The notes under the pieces are model-generated. The model was not told the DNA's origin. It made no database searches and saw only the letters and a list, made by a program, of their open reading frames with translations. 40,051 nucleotides of DNA, taken from the NCBI GenBank assembly GCA_043728995.1, contig JAYTLZ010000014.1:1-40051 (forward strand). Direction: 5' to 3'. The translations under genes and the position numbers were made by a program. The first letter of the stretch is position 1, and every line of letters begins with the position of its first letter. This stretch comes from Minisyncoccota bacterium (lineage in GTDB: Bacteria > Patescibacteriota > Minisyncoccia > Phycocordibacterales > JAACPR01). Positions 1 to 7,864 of the stretch are shown one piece after another.

Positions 1-59
1 GGTCCGCCGCGCTTTTGTAATTGCCAATACCCAATTTAGTGTTATTATTTTGCCGATAC

Positions 60-500
60 ATGCAAACAGTTCCTTCCGCTACAACGTTACTCGTCTGCGG
101 TTTTTTGTTCCTTAGACTTCCTGCCCAAGCAGAAGGATACGGAGTAGAGCCCACAGATACTAAGATCACCGCGATCCTAGATTGCCCCCTCAAGGTACTC
201 GACTTGCTCAAAGAAGGAAGGATTATCAACCACGACGAGGCCACCCTAGCCTGGTCGGAGTTGTCAGAAATCGCTAGAGATCACGCAAAGGCATTCATCA
301 TCAGCCTTGCCGCAACAGTCGAACGGGACACGCTTGCCGCGCACAAGGAGTGGATGAGTTCCGGCAACACGAGTCAGAGAGGCAATCCGTACTTTTCCCG
401 TTGGGAAAAGAAAGCGCTTCGTAACCAACAGATCCGTAACCTTGCCTCGCGGCTTGGCATTACGGTCTGTCCTTGGTCGCGTCAACGCACATGGAACTAA
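60..500 (+). CDS. hypothetical protein with hydrophobic signal-like N-terminus
   Basis: ORF 21..500 with the first ATG at 60 (MQTVPSATTLLVCGFLFLRLPAQA...). A strong hairpin terminator follows at 519..553. No family recognised. Confidence 0.4.
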   Translation: MQTVPSATTLLVCGFLFLRLPAQAEGYGVEPTDTKITAILDCPLKVLDLLKEGRIINHDEATLAWSELSEIARDHAKAFIISLAATVERDTLAAHKEWMSSGNTSQRGNPYFSRWEKKALRNQQIRNLASRLGITVCPWSRQRTWN

Positions 501-518
501 TCGCGATGAAGACAAAAT

Positions 519-553
519 GGCTGGCCCGCATACGGGCCAGCCATTTCTTTTTA
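519..553. terminator. bidirectional intrinsic terminator
   Basis: GGCTGGCCCG-cata-CGGGCCAGCC is a perfect 10-bp stem followed by ATTTCTTTTT. It lies between convergent ORFs 60..500 (+) and 574..2748 (-). Confidence 0.75.
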
Positions 554-573
554 TACAAATCTTTTTATACAAA

Positions 574-2748
574 CTACTTCGCCACCAACACCGCTTCCTC
601 AAACTTAATAGACAGAACCTTGGACGCTCCGTCAGTCATGGTGATTCCGAAGATCACACCGGCGCGTGACATCGTCTCTCGATTGTGCGTAATGAGGATG
701 AGCTGCGAATGCTTGGATAGGTTCTCAATCATGTCTCCGTATCGCCTGCTGTTGGCCTCGTCGAGTGCAGCATCTGTTTCATCCAAAATGATGAACGGCG
801 GAGGATTCACTGATGACATCGCAAACAGGAGTGCGATCGACGTCAGTGCCCTCTCTCCTCCCGAAAGCATCATCAGACTGCGAACCTTCTTACGCGGCAG
901 GTTCACATCGATGTCGAGTCCTTCCTCGAACACTTCCTCGGCATCCTCTTCCCCACTGATCTTCTTTTTCTCCAACTTGAGCGACGCCTCACCTCCGTCG
1001 AACATCACCGAGAAGAACTTCGAGAACTGCACGTTGATCTTCTCAAGCCCTCCCCCGAACCGTTCCGCGATCTCGACATTGAGATGCTCGATCACTTTTT
1101 GCAGGTCAGCAGATGCGGTCTGCAGGTCCTCAAGTTCCTTTCGCAGGAACTCATCGCGCTCTACGGCCTCCTGGTACTCCTTCACGACGTCGTCGCTCGC
1201 ACCGACACCCATTTCCTCTAAACGGATCTTGAGACGCTCCAGAGCCCTGCGACGGTCCTTCTGCAGTGACCTCTGCTCGGTCAGCACCTCCATGTTCTCC
1301 TTGTGCGCGTATTCGCTGACCATGCGGCCTGCCAGCACGATCGCCTCCTGTATCTCTCGATTGAATTCCTCTTCGTCCATCTGTAGTTCTCGTTGCCTGT
1401 ATTGCAACGCAGAGTAGGTCGAAGACAGGTCAGTCTTCTGGTTCATCAGCTGGATGATCTCGACGTTTGATACTGGCTTCTGTGCATTTTGTAGTTTGTT
1501 CTGCAGATCAGACTGCTTTGTAGAAGCAGTCTCAATCTCTGCCTTAATCTTCTCAATCTTTTCCTTGTTACTCTCAATTTCCTTTTCCAAAACAGCAATC
1601 TTGCCCGACATATCTGGAGCATGCACCTCTTCCTTTTTTTCTCCAGATACAAATGATTCGAAGAAACGTATCAGCTTATCGATCTGTGCCTTGACCACCT
1701 CTATCGAATCAAATTGCAAGGACTTCAGTTCCTCGATCCGCGACTCAACATCACTCTTTTTCAAAATGATCTTTTCCTCCGTATGTACTGGGGCACTGTT
1801 CTGCAGGTCGTTCAATGTCTTTACCTGACCTTCCAGCCCTGCAATCATGCGTACCAATTCGTATTCAGAGTCCTTCAATCTAGAGACCGCGCTTCGCACA
1901 TCCTGCATCTCATTTCTCAACGAATCCTCCTCGCTCGTATCCCGCTTCTGGTTGGAAAATGATTCTATTTGTGTATTTAAATGTGCAAGCTGCGTCTTTA
2001 CCGTCTCCAATTCAGCCAACTCACTCTTTGCATTCTTAATATATGTAAACTCCTTGGAAAGATATTCTTGGTACTTGTCAGAAACCTCGCGTCGCAGCTC
2101 GACTGCCTTCTCGACCTTCTCGACCTGCTTCTTCAGAAACCGCAGGTGCGGCGCGATCTCACGGCGAAGCGATTCTACCTGCGTCATGTTCTCGACGGTC
2201 TTCTCAAGTTTCTTCTCGGAATCCTGCTTGCGGTACTGGAACAGCCGCAACCCGAGCGCGTCCTCGAGCATCTCCTTCCGCTCCTTGTTGGACGTATTTA
2301 GAATTCTATCGGCCTCACCTTGCGAAATAATGTGATGCCCGGTTGACCCGATGTTCGCTCCCGCAAGCAATTCCTGCACGTCCTTGAGACGCACCTTGGA
2401 CGTATTGATCAGATATTCGTTCTGTCCGTCACGGTGCACGACTCGCTCGATGATTACCTCGTCCAGATCAAGCTTGAGCAGACGGTCTCGGTTATCAAAT
2501 GTAATCTTTACGGATGCTTTATTCTGTCTCGAGATCTTGGCAGTCCCATTAAAGATCATGTCCTCGCCCTTCTTTCCTCGCATGGACTTGAGTGACTGCT
2601 CACCCAGCACGAATCTGAAAGCCTCCGCAACGTTCGACTTACCAGATCCGTTAGGACCAACAATAGATGAGATTGGAGTTTCAAACGAAAACGAGTCCTT
2701 CTTGGCAAAGGACTTGAACCCGGAAATCTCGAGAGATGTGAGACGCAT
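574..2748 (-). CDS. smc: SMC-family chromosome-condensation ATPase, unusually short (724 aa), no recognisable hinge
   Basis: The N-terminal head reads MRLTSLEISGFKSFAKK...GPNGSGKSN (Walker A). The C-terminal head has LSGGERALTSIALLFAM (signature) and FIILDETDAALD (Walker B). The middle is long and E/K/L-rich, consistent with coiled coil. Confidence 0.85.
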   Translation of the reverse strand: MRLTSLEISGFKSFAKKDSFSFETPISSIVGPNGSGKSNVAEAFRFVLGEQSLKSMRGKKGEDMIFNGTAKISRQNKASVKITFDNRDRLLKLDLDEVIIERVVHRDGQNEYLINTSKVRLKDVQELLAGANIGSTGHHIISQGEADRILNTSNKERKEMLEDALGLRLFQYRKQDSEKKLEKTVENMTQVESLRREIAPHLRFLKKQVEKVEKAVELRREVSDKYQEYLSKEFTYIKNAKSELAELETVKTQLAHLNTQIESFSNQKRDTSEEDSLRNEMQDVRSAVSRLKDSEYELVRMIAGLEGQVKTLNDLQNSAPVHTEEKIILKKSDVESRIEELKSLQFDSIEVVKAQIDKLIRFFESFVSGEKKEEVHAPDMSGKIAVLEKEIESNKEKIEKIKAEIETASTKQSDLQNKLQNAQKPVSNVEIIQLMNQKTDLSSTYSALQYRQRELQMDEEEFNREIQEAIVLAGRMVSEYAHKENMEVLTEQRSLQKDRRRALERLKIRLEEMGVGASDDVVKEYQEAVERDEFLRKELEDLQTASADLQKVIEHLNVEIAERFGGGLEKINVQFSKFFSVMFDGGEASLKLEKKKISGEEDAEEVFEEGLDIDVNLPRKKVRSLMMLSGGERALTSIALLFAMSSVNPPPFIILDETDAALDEANSRRYGDMIENLSKHSQLILITHNRETMSRAGVIFGITMTDGASKVLSIKFEEAVLVAK

Positions 2749-2817
2749 GGCAGTATTGTACCAACTTATATGACTTTGCAGAAGATTTTTGACTGGATAA
2801 TTACGAAGCGCGTATCA

Positions 2818-2846
2818 TTGACGTAAACGTATTTATACTGTATTAT
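2818..2846 (+). promoter_or_regulatory. sigma70-like promoter (TTGACG-17-TATTAT)
   Basis: TTGACG at 2818-2823, a 17-nt spacer, then TATTAT at 2841-2846. A second weaker candidate is TTGACT 2789-2794 / TATCAT 2813-2818. Confidence 0.4.
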
Positions 2847-2878
2847 TATTGAGCTGTCCCGGTTACCAAACCACAGCA

Positions 2879-3232
2879 ATGTTACAAATAGTTCAAAGAA
2901 AAAAGGAAAACAAGTGGGCATTCGTGCTCGGCGGACTCAGGATCGAATCGGAACTTGGATCACTCCTCGTTCTTATCGAAACATTCCAACGACTTCAACA
3001 GGCCTCAGCCAGGCCTCCACTTGAAGTCGTCGCAATATTCCACCGTCACAAGGTCTACCTGAACGTCACTGACATCAGGCAAGAAGACGAAGATACGGAA
3101 TCCTACGAGATTCGCGGTACGGTTACGCAGACCAGTCGGTTCACACCTGACATCAAGCGTTTCACGACCGTCAAAATCATAGGATGCCGTCCTGACGGAA
3201 TCGCGGAGGCAGTCCACCGCAAGCATCGATAA
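2879..3232 (+). CDS. hypothetical protein (weak call)
   Basis: ORF 2849..3232 with the first ATG at 2879 and no SD. It is bracketed by the promoter at 2818-2846 and the terminator at 3251-3288. No family recognised. Confidence 0.3.
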   Translation: MLQIVQRKKENKWAFVLGGLRIESELGSLLVLIETFQRLQQASARPPLEVVAIFHRHKVYLNVTDIRQEDEDTESYEIRGTVTQTSRFTPDIKRFTTVKIIGCRPDGIAEAVHRKHR

Positions 3233-3250
3233 CCCACGCACCCAAACGAA

Positions 3251-3288
3251 GGGGCGACGAACATCACGTTCGCCGCCCCTCTTTTTAT
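3251..3288. terminator. intrinsic terminator
   Basis: GGGGCGACGAAC-atcac-GTTCGCCGCCCC pairs 11 of 12 bp and is followed by TCTTTTTAT. It lies between the + unit and the 3' end of rnc (-). Confidence 0.7.
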
Positions 3289-3307
3289 ATAAAATCAAAA
3301 CCGCGAA

Positions 3308-4012
3308 CTACACTGTCGGCATCCACTCCTTCTTCTCGAGTGCCTTGCGTGCAGCTTCCTGCTCGGCCTCTTGCTTGGACTTGCCCTTGCCTGTCGCGAT
3401 AGTCTCCTCACCAATCTTTACAGCCACGGTAAAATACTTGTTGTGGTCAGGACCCTCCTCGTGCGTCGTCTCGTATACAGGAGTGATGGAAAGCGTCTCC
3501 TGGGACTTCTCCTGGAAGAAGCTCTTGGCGTCGATAAACGACCCGTTCTCGACAATGCCATCCGTCAGTGATAGCAGGTATGTCTCGATAAACGTGTACG
3601 CGGCGTCATATCCCTGGTCCAGATACACAGCACCGATCACAGCCTCGAACGTGTCTGCAAGAATGTACTGACGAGCTCGCCCCGTATCCTTTGACTCTCC
3701 TTTTGAAAGAAGCAGGTATTCGTTGAACCCAAGTCCGGTCGCAACTTCAGATAATGTGTTCGTGTTCACGAGCGCAGCTCGGAATGACGTCAGCTCCCCC
3801 TCGTTTCGCTTGGGATATTTTTTATAGAGAAAGGCAGTCGCTGCCAATTCCAAAACGGCATCACCCAGGAACTCCAATCTCTCGTTATGGTCCTTCGCGC
3901 TCTTGTTCTCGTTGATGAACGATCGGTGCGTGAATGCCTGCTGGATGAGTTCCTTGTCGTTGAATGTGATGCTTAGTTTTTCTTCTAGGATTGAAAATTC
4001 AGGTAGTTGCAT
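3308..4012 (-). CDS. rnc: ribonuclease III
   Basis: RNase III signature NERLEFLGDAVLE, plus a C-terminal dsRBD-like segment (GKGKSKQEAEQEAARKAL). Confidence 0.93.
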   Translation of the reverse strand: MQLPEFSILEEKLSITFNDKELIQQAFTHRSFINENKSAKDHNERLEFLGDAVLELAATAFLYKKYPKRNEGELTSFRAALVNTNTLSEVATGLGFNEYLLLSKGESKDTGRARQYILADTFEAVIGAVYLDQGYDAAYTFIETYLLSLTDGIVENGSFIDAKSFFQEKSQETLSITPVYETTHEEGPDHNKYFTVAVKIGEETIATGKGKSKQEAEQEAARKALEKKEWMPTV

Positions 4013-4015
4013 AGG

Positions 4016-4909
4016 TTAGCTCTTGATGAGAATCTCGATCGATTTGGTTATCAAAGGCACAATATCATTGTAGAAGTTTAAGTCAAGAATCTCAGAAGCG
4101 CGGAACCACCGTGCGTCGTCGAGTCCTCCGGACTCGCCAAGCTTTACGTCCTCGTAGTTTGCTTCAGCAAGATAGTACAGAACGTGCTTTCGGTGCTTGC
4201 CCTTCTCAGGATGGTTGGCTACGTACTCGTTTTCTCCGAGCACATTTCGCACCTCAGTGACCGTAAGGCCGATCTCCTTCATGATGACACGCTTTACGCC
4301 GTCAGCATCGGTCTCCCCTTCCTCAAGTCCTCCCTTTGACAGGGTCCAGTGTCCGAAGACGTCGTGCACAAGCGCAAAGTACAGATCTGTACCTTGTCGC
4401 GCGTAGACCACGGCTCCAACCTTCTTCTCGACCGGCATGTCCTCGAAGGCGATCTCCTTCTTGCGAGCAGCACCCTGGTCCTTGCCAGGCTCGCCGATCT
4501 CCTTGTAGACCGCACCAAGCACTCCGTTCACGAACTTACCGCTGTTCTCACCACCGAAGCTCTTTGCAAGCTCGATGGCCTCGTTGATGGCAACCTTTGG
4601 CGGAACCTCTCCTCGGTCAGAGAAAAGAAGCTCGTACAGACCGATGCGCAAAACGTTTCGGTCTACTGTGGATATCTTTTCGATCGGCCAGTCCGGAGCG
4701 GCCTTGTTGATGATAGCGTTTAGGTCTTCGGTTTTGGCGATGACACCTGAAAGGAGATTCTTCATGAACTCAAGATCTGCAGCGCTGTCCGCGAACTCCG
4801 CGATGTTGCGGTGCAAAATATCAATCGACTCGTTTGTAGTGATTGTATTGAAGTCCCACTCGAAAAGAGTTTGCAAGACTATCGATCTTGAAAGGTGCCT
4901 GTTTGCCAT
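4016..4909 (-). CDS. nusB: NusB antitermination factor fused to a C-terminal Nudix-fold domain
   Basis: Residues 1-140 are NusB-like (SRSIVLQTLFEWDF, DRNVLRIGLYELLF, VAINEAIELAKSFGGENSGKFVNGVLGAV). Residues ~160-297 are Nudix-like, with the box GGLEEGETDADGVKRVIMKEIGL. Confidence 0.85.
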   Translation of the reverse strand: MANRHLSRSIVLQTLFEWDFNTITTNESIDILHRNIAEFADSAADLEFMKNLLSGVIAKTEDLNAIINKAAPDWPIEKISTVDRNVLRIGLYELLFSDRGEVPPKVAINEAIELAKSFGGENSGKFVNGVLGAVYKEIGEPGKDQGAARKKEIAFEDMPVEKKVGAVVYARQGTDLYFALVHDVFGHWTLSKGGLEEGETDADGVKRVIMKEIGLTVTEVRNVLGENEYVANHPEKGKHRKHVLYYLAEANYEDVKLGESGGLDDARWFRASEILDLNFYNDIVPLITKSIEILIKS

Positions 4910-4938
4910 ACTAAAGTGCTAATTGATTACTCACTCAA

Positions 4939-5157
4939 TTATTTTACCTTCTTTTTTGTTTTTGTCGATTTTACAGAGGCTACTTTTTCAACAGGTCGGA
5001 TTGCTTGCTTCCCCTTGTAGATCCCGTCCTTGGTGGCTCGGTGTCTTAGGTGGATAGTTCCAGTCTCCTTGTCAGTTGTTACTGCTGATGCTGTGAGAGC
5101 GTGGTGTGAGCGCCGATTTGCTGTGTGCGCTCGTGTGTGTCTCATTCGAATAGTCAT
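4939..5157 (-). CDS. rpmF: 50S ribosomal protein L32
   Basis: Internal start MTIRMRHTRAHTANRRSHHALTA... (ATG at 5155-5157, reverse strand). The N-terminus is basic and L32-like. Promoter TTGACT-17-TATCGT ends 9 nt upstream. Confidence 0.8.
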   Translation of the reverse strand: MTIRMRHTRAHTANRRSHHALTASAVTTDKETGTIHLRHRATKDGIYKGKQAIRPVEKVASVKSTKTKKKVK

Positions 5158-5224
5158 AGTGAGAATACGATAGCAGATATTATGGGATAAGTCAAAAGGT
5201 GTGGATAGATGGAGGCGGCAGGGT

Positions 5225-5256
5225 GGAAAATGCCCCGCGCCAAAGGCGCGGGGCAT
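5225..5256 (-). terminator. intrinsic terminator downstream of ORF 5274..5969
   Basis: ATGCCCCGCGCC-aaa-GGCGCGGGGCAT is a 12-bp stem. The T-tract on the minus strand is short (TTTTC). Confidence 0.55.
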
Positions 5257-5273
5257 ACTGCGAAGGCAGCGAC

Positions 5274-5969
5274 TTACTCACTGATTCCGTAGTAGAAAGT
5301 CTCGGAACTGACAAACCCCTGATGCAGGTTGTACGCAATCAGCTCCACGCGGCTGCTTCCGTCCTTGCCTATCCCGAAGCACATCTGGTACTCACGGTTG
5401 CCGATTTTGAACGGATCATGGCAGATCCGTTTCCACAAATCGGTTTCGGGAACCAAATGGGCATCACGGATACCGATCCCTTGGGGAAATATCGGAAACT
5501 GTACGCGCAATAGAAGACTGAATACTTCTGTTTGCGTGAAAGGACGTCCCCTTGAGCTTTCAATTTTGTCTTTGATCATCCCGAGGGTAACGAGCTTGAT
5601 GGCAGGCAATGAATCATGAGGACGATCGATCAGCCTTAGTACCTGAGCACGAAACACGGTTGCGCTTCGCGTTGTTCTTTTGATTCTGGCAATCTCTGCG
5701 TCAGGCACCGCTTCAACGTGGCGAGTGAAATGATACTTGGCATCTGGATCAGATCTGCCAGTTCTCGGAAACAACTTACGGACAGTCTCCCATGAGTGAC
5801 TGACGCGCTGCGGCTGCGTCATCTTTGCCTCGGACAAAAGCGTCGGCAGGTGCAACAGAATAAGTGGCGAAAGCACTATCCCGCTTTTTGCACAGATTTT
5901 CTGATACCTTTCAGCAGTCATCTTCTTCATGACGTAATTGGATATGTGGGTTGTGAGAGTGAGTTCCAA
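5274..5969 (-). CDS. hypothetical protein
   Basis: 231-aa ORF with no recognised motifs. The start is uncertain (M1, M14 or M17). Confidence 0.55.
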   Translation of the reverse strand: MELTLTTHISNYVMKKMTAERYQKICAKSGIVLSPLILLHLPTLLSEAKMTQPQRVSHSWETVRKLFPRTGRSDPDAKYHFTRHVEAVPDAEIARIKRTTRSATVFRAQVLRLIDRPHDSLPAIKLVTLGMIKDKIESSRGRPFTQTEVFSLLLRVQFPIFPQGIGIRDAHLVPETDLWKRICHDPFKIGNREYQMCFGIGKDGSSRVELIAYNLHQGFVSSETFYYGISE

Positions 5970-6045
5970 ACAGGATGTAAGGAACTATGGTGGTCACTTC
6001 ATTAGAGCATCCATTTAACCTTTCACCAATCTGCTCGCCTGTGGA

Positions 6046-6091
6046 TAAAACAAAAAGAAAAGGCCGGCAAGGGGTAAACCCCTTGCCGGCC
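6046..6091 (-). terminator. intrinsic terminator of the membrane-protein gene
   Basis: GGCCGGCAAGGGG-taaa-CCCCTTGCCGGCC is a perfect 13-bp stem. It is followed on the minus strand by TTTTCTTTTTGTTTT. Confidence 0.85.
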
Positions 6092-6111
6092 GATATTTAG
6101 AATCTCGGAAC

Positions 6112-7161
6112 TCAGCAGAAACCGCCGCGCGTACGGACACATCGCGACAAGAAACCGCGTACACGTCTCTCAAACTGGCGATACACCAAATACTCGACTA
6201 GGCCAAACGCAAATCCAGCTGCCAAACAGATCAGTGGAGCCTCTCGGTATGCGCCGAACCACTCCGCCACTACTCCAGACATAAACCCAACGAATGAGCA
6301 CGTAAAGATCGCGAGGCGAGCTCTCGTGTTCAGAAGAAGGAAAAGCCGCGAAAAGAATATGAGGACAAACAGTGTACCCGTCACAATTCCGATCCGACTT
6401 TTTCTATAAACCTTCCGGGACAATTCCGGGACATACTGAATAAACTTTCCGATTCCCAGACACGTGAATGCGACGATCGATAGCACCATGCCGGTAAAAA
6501 GAATCGATATCCCAATCGGATTGAACATCAGCAGGCTATGGAAAGTCTGCTTAAGGCTCTTGGTGCAGTCTTTCCTATGGCGCCGCCTTCCTAGTACCTC
6601 GCAGAGATACACATCCTCGAACGGGTCGTCCTTAGGCTCAATAAGTGCGCCAAAAAATATGATGCCTCGAAGTACCAATGTAGACAGAAACCCGACGACG
6701 ATTATCGTCATCCAAAAATCCGCCGTGGGTTGTTTGAGATGGATCGCAAGAAAAGCGTACGAGAGCGTCATGGCCCATGAAAACAGAACTGCCCAACGCA
6801 TGAATGTAATTAACCGCTTTGTCCGACGCGTGATCTTCTGATACATCAGATCTTTCTTGTTCTTTCTGACTCGCGTCCAAGCAAGCCATTCTTCGTGCTG
6901 TGTTTGTTTGCGGCGTTTGCGGCTGTGATGAGCAAAAACTGCCTCACCGAATGCAGACTTGATTGCGGTTAGCACATCGGCTGGCCGGAACGCTACGAGT
7001 CCGAAAATAACGGAAAGGGCGAAGCCGATCAGGACGCTCGGTCCGAAAGACAGCTGGTACTCAAGGTGAGCGTAACGATAGGCAACGAATCCGGCGAGGC
7101 CAGACAGGCTGCCAACAAATACCCAATGAATCGGTGAGTTCGACGTATTTTTTGTGTTCAT
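6112..7161 (-). CDS. polytopic membrane protein, unknown function
   Basis: 349 aa with many hydrophobic segments separated by R/K-rich loops. A strong terminator lies downstream. Confidence 0.7.
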   Translation of the reverse strand: MNTKNTSNSPIHWVFVGSLSGLAGFVAYRYAHLEYQLSFGPSVLIGFALSVIFGLVAFRPADVLTAIKSAFGEAVFAHHSRKRRKQTQHEEWLAWTRVRKNKKDLMYQKITRRTKRLITFMRWAVLFSWAMTLSYAFLAIHLKQPTADFWMTIIVVGFLSTLVLRGIIFFGALIEPKDDPFEDVYLCEVLGRRRHRKDCTKSLKQTFHSLLMFNPIGISILFTGMVLSIVAFTCLGIGKFIQYVPELSRKVYRKSRIGIVTGTLFVLIFFSRLFLLLNTRARLAIFTCSFVGFMSGVVAEWFGAYREAPLICLAAGFAFGLVEYLVYRQFERRVRGFLSRCVRTRGGFC

Positions 7162-7204
7162 GATAAAGACCAGGTTGAATCCTCACCACTCTACGCCGCG
7201 ACCA

Positions 7205-7864
7205 TTACTTGTCAACCTTGCACCAGCCTGCACGGTGCTCTGCACACAGACCGTTCAGCACCAACGCTTCCTTGTGCTTTTTCGTCCCATACCCTTTGTG
7301 TATATCAAATCCGTACGCGGGATATTTCTTGGCGAGCTTTTTCATATGGCGATCACGAGTCACTTTCGCGACAATCGAAGCGATCATGATGCTCGGCTTG
7401 ATGCTGTCACCTTTTATGATGACGCTCGCCTTTTTCCAATCTCCTTCAGGTATTTTTAATGCGCCGTCCATTTCCAAAATAGATTTCTCGCACAACTTAT
7501 GCACGTCCAACTTTTTAAAACATTTCTGTATTCCATTCTTGATCGCAAAAACGATTCCCTTTTTTGAAATGATATCAGCGGAAACGAGCGCAACAGCGAA
7601 CTTCAGTTTGCCTTCTTTCTGCATTTCAGAAATCATCTCGAACAATTTTTCACGCCCGACCTCCTTCACCTGCTTGGAATCGTTCAGTCCCGCCTTTTTT
7701 AATTGAGAAAACACTGCCCTGCTCGTGGATTTTGGAATAAGAGAAACGCCGACCGCGACCGGTCCTGCCAACGGCCCCCGTCCTGCCTCATCTACACCAA
7801 TAATGTATTCTTCTGTCCACTGCAAAGCGGGCTTCATAGTGTGTATAATACCAGACATGTCCAA
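7205..7864 (-). CDS. rnhB: ribonuclease HII
   Basis: IIGVDEAGRGPLAGPVAVG active-site motif. The start may instead be the downstream Met (MKPALQW, ATG at 7837), which would avoid overlap with dnaE. Confidence 0.9.
   Translation of the reverse strand: MDMSGIIHTMKPALQWTEEYIIGVDEAGRGPLAGPVAVGVSLIPKSTSRAVFSQLKKAGLNDSKQVKEVGREKLFEMISEMQKEGKLKFAVALVSADIISKKGIVFAIKNGIQKCFKKLDVHKLCEKSILEMDGALKIPEGDWKKASVIIKGDSIKPSIMIASIVAKVTRDRHMKKLAKKYPAYGFDIHKGYGTKKHKEALVLNGLCAEHRAGWCKVDK

Noticed and set aside
473-1417. 314-aa plus-strand ORF, plus further plus-strand ORFs up to 2773
   Set aside because: These are antisense shadows of the smc-like gene. They are Ser-rich and low-complexity, with no motifs.
2849-3250. 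tmRNA, RNase P RNA, SRP RNA or 6S RNA in the smc-rnc intergenic unit
   Set aside because: By eye I found no tRNA-like 3' end with CCA, no GGAAAGTCC-type P4 motif and no SRP domain IV motif. The region is kept only as an unclassified transcript or weak CDS.
3005-3298. 97-aa minus-strand ORF
   Set aside because: Its start codon lies just beyond the terminator hairpin and T-tract, so its first codons are terminator sequence. It also overlaps the better-supported plus-strand unit.
7857-7864. 8-nt head-to-head overlap of rnhB and dnaE as a regulatory feature
   Set aside because: It is probably an artefact of taking the longest rnhB ORF. A downstream Met (ATG at 7837) removes the overlap.
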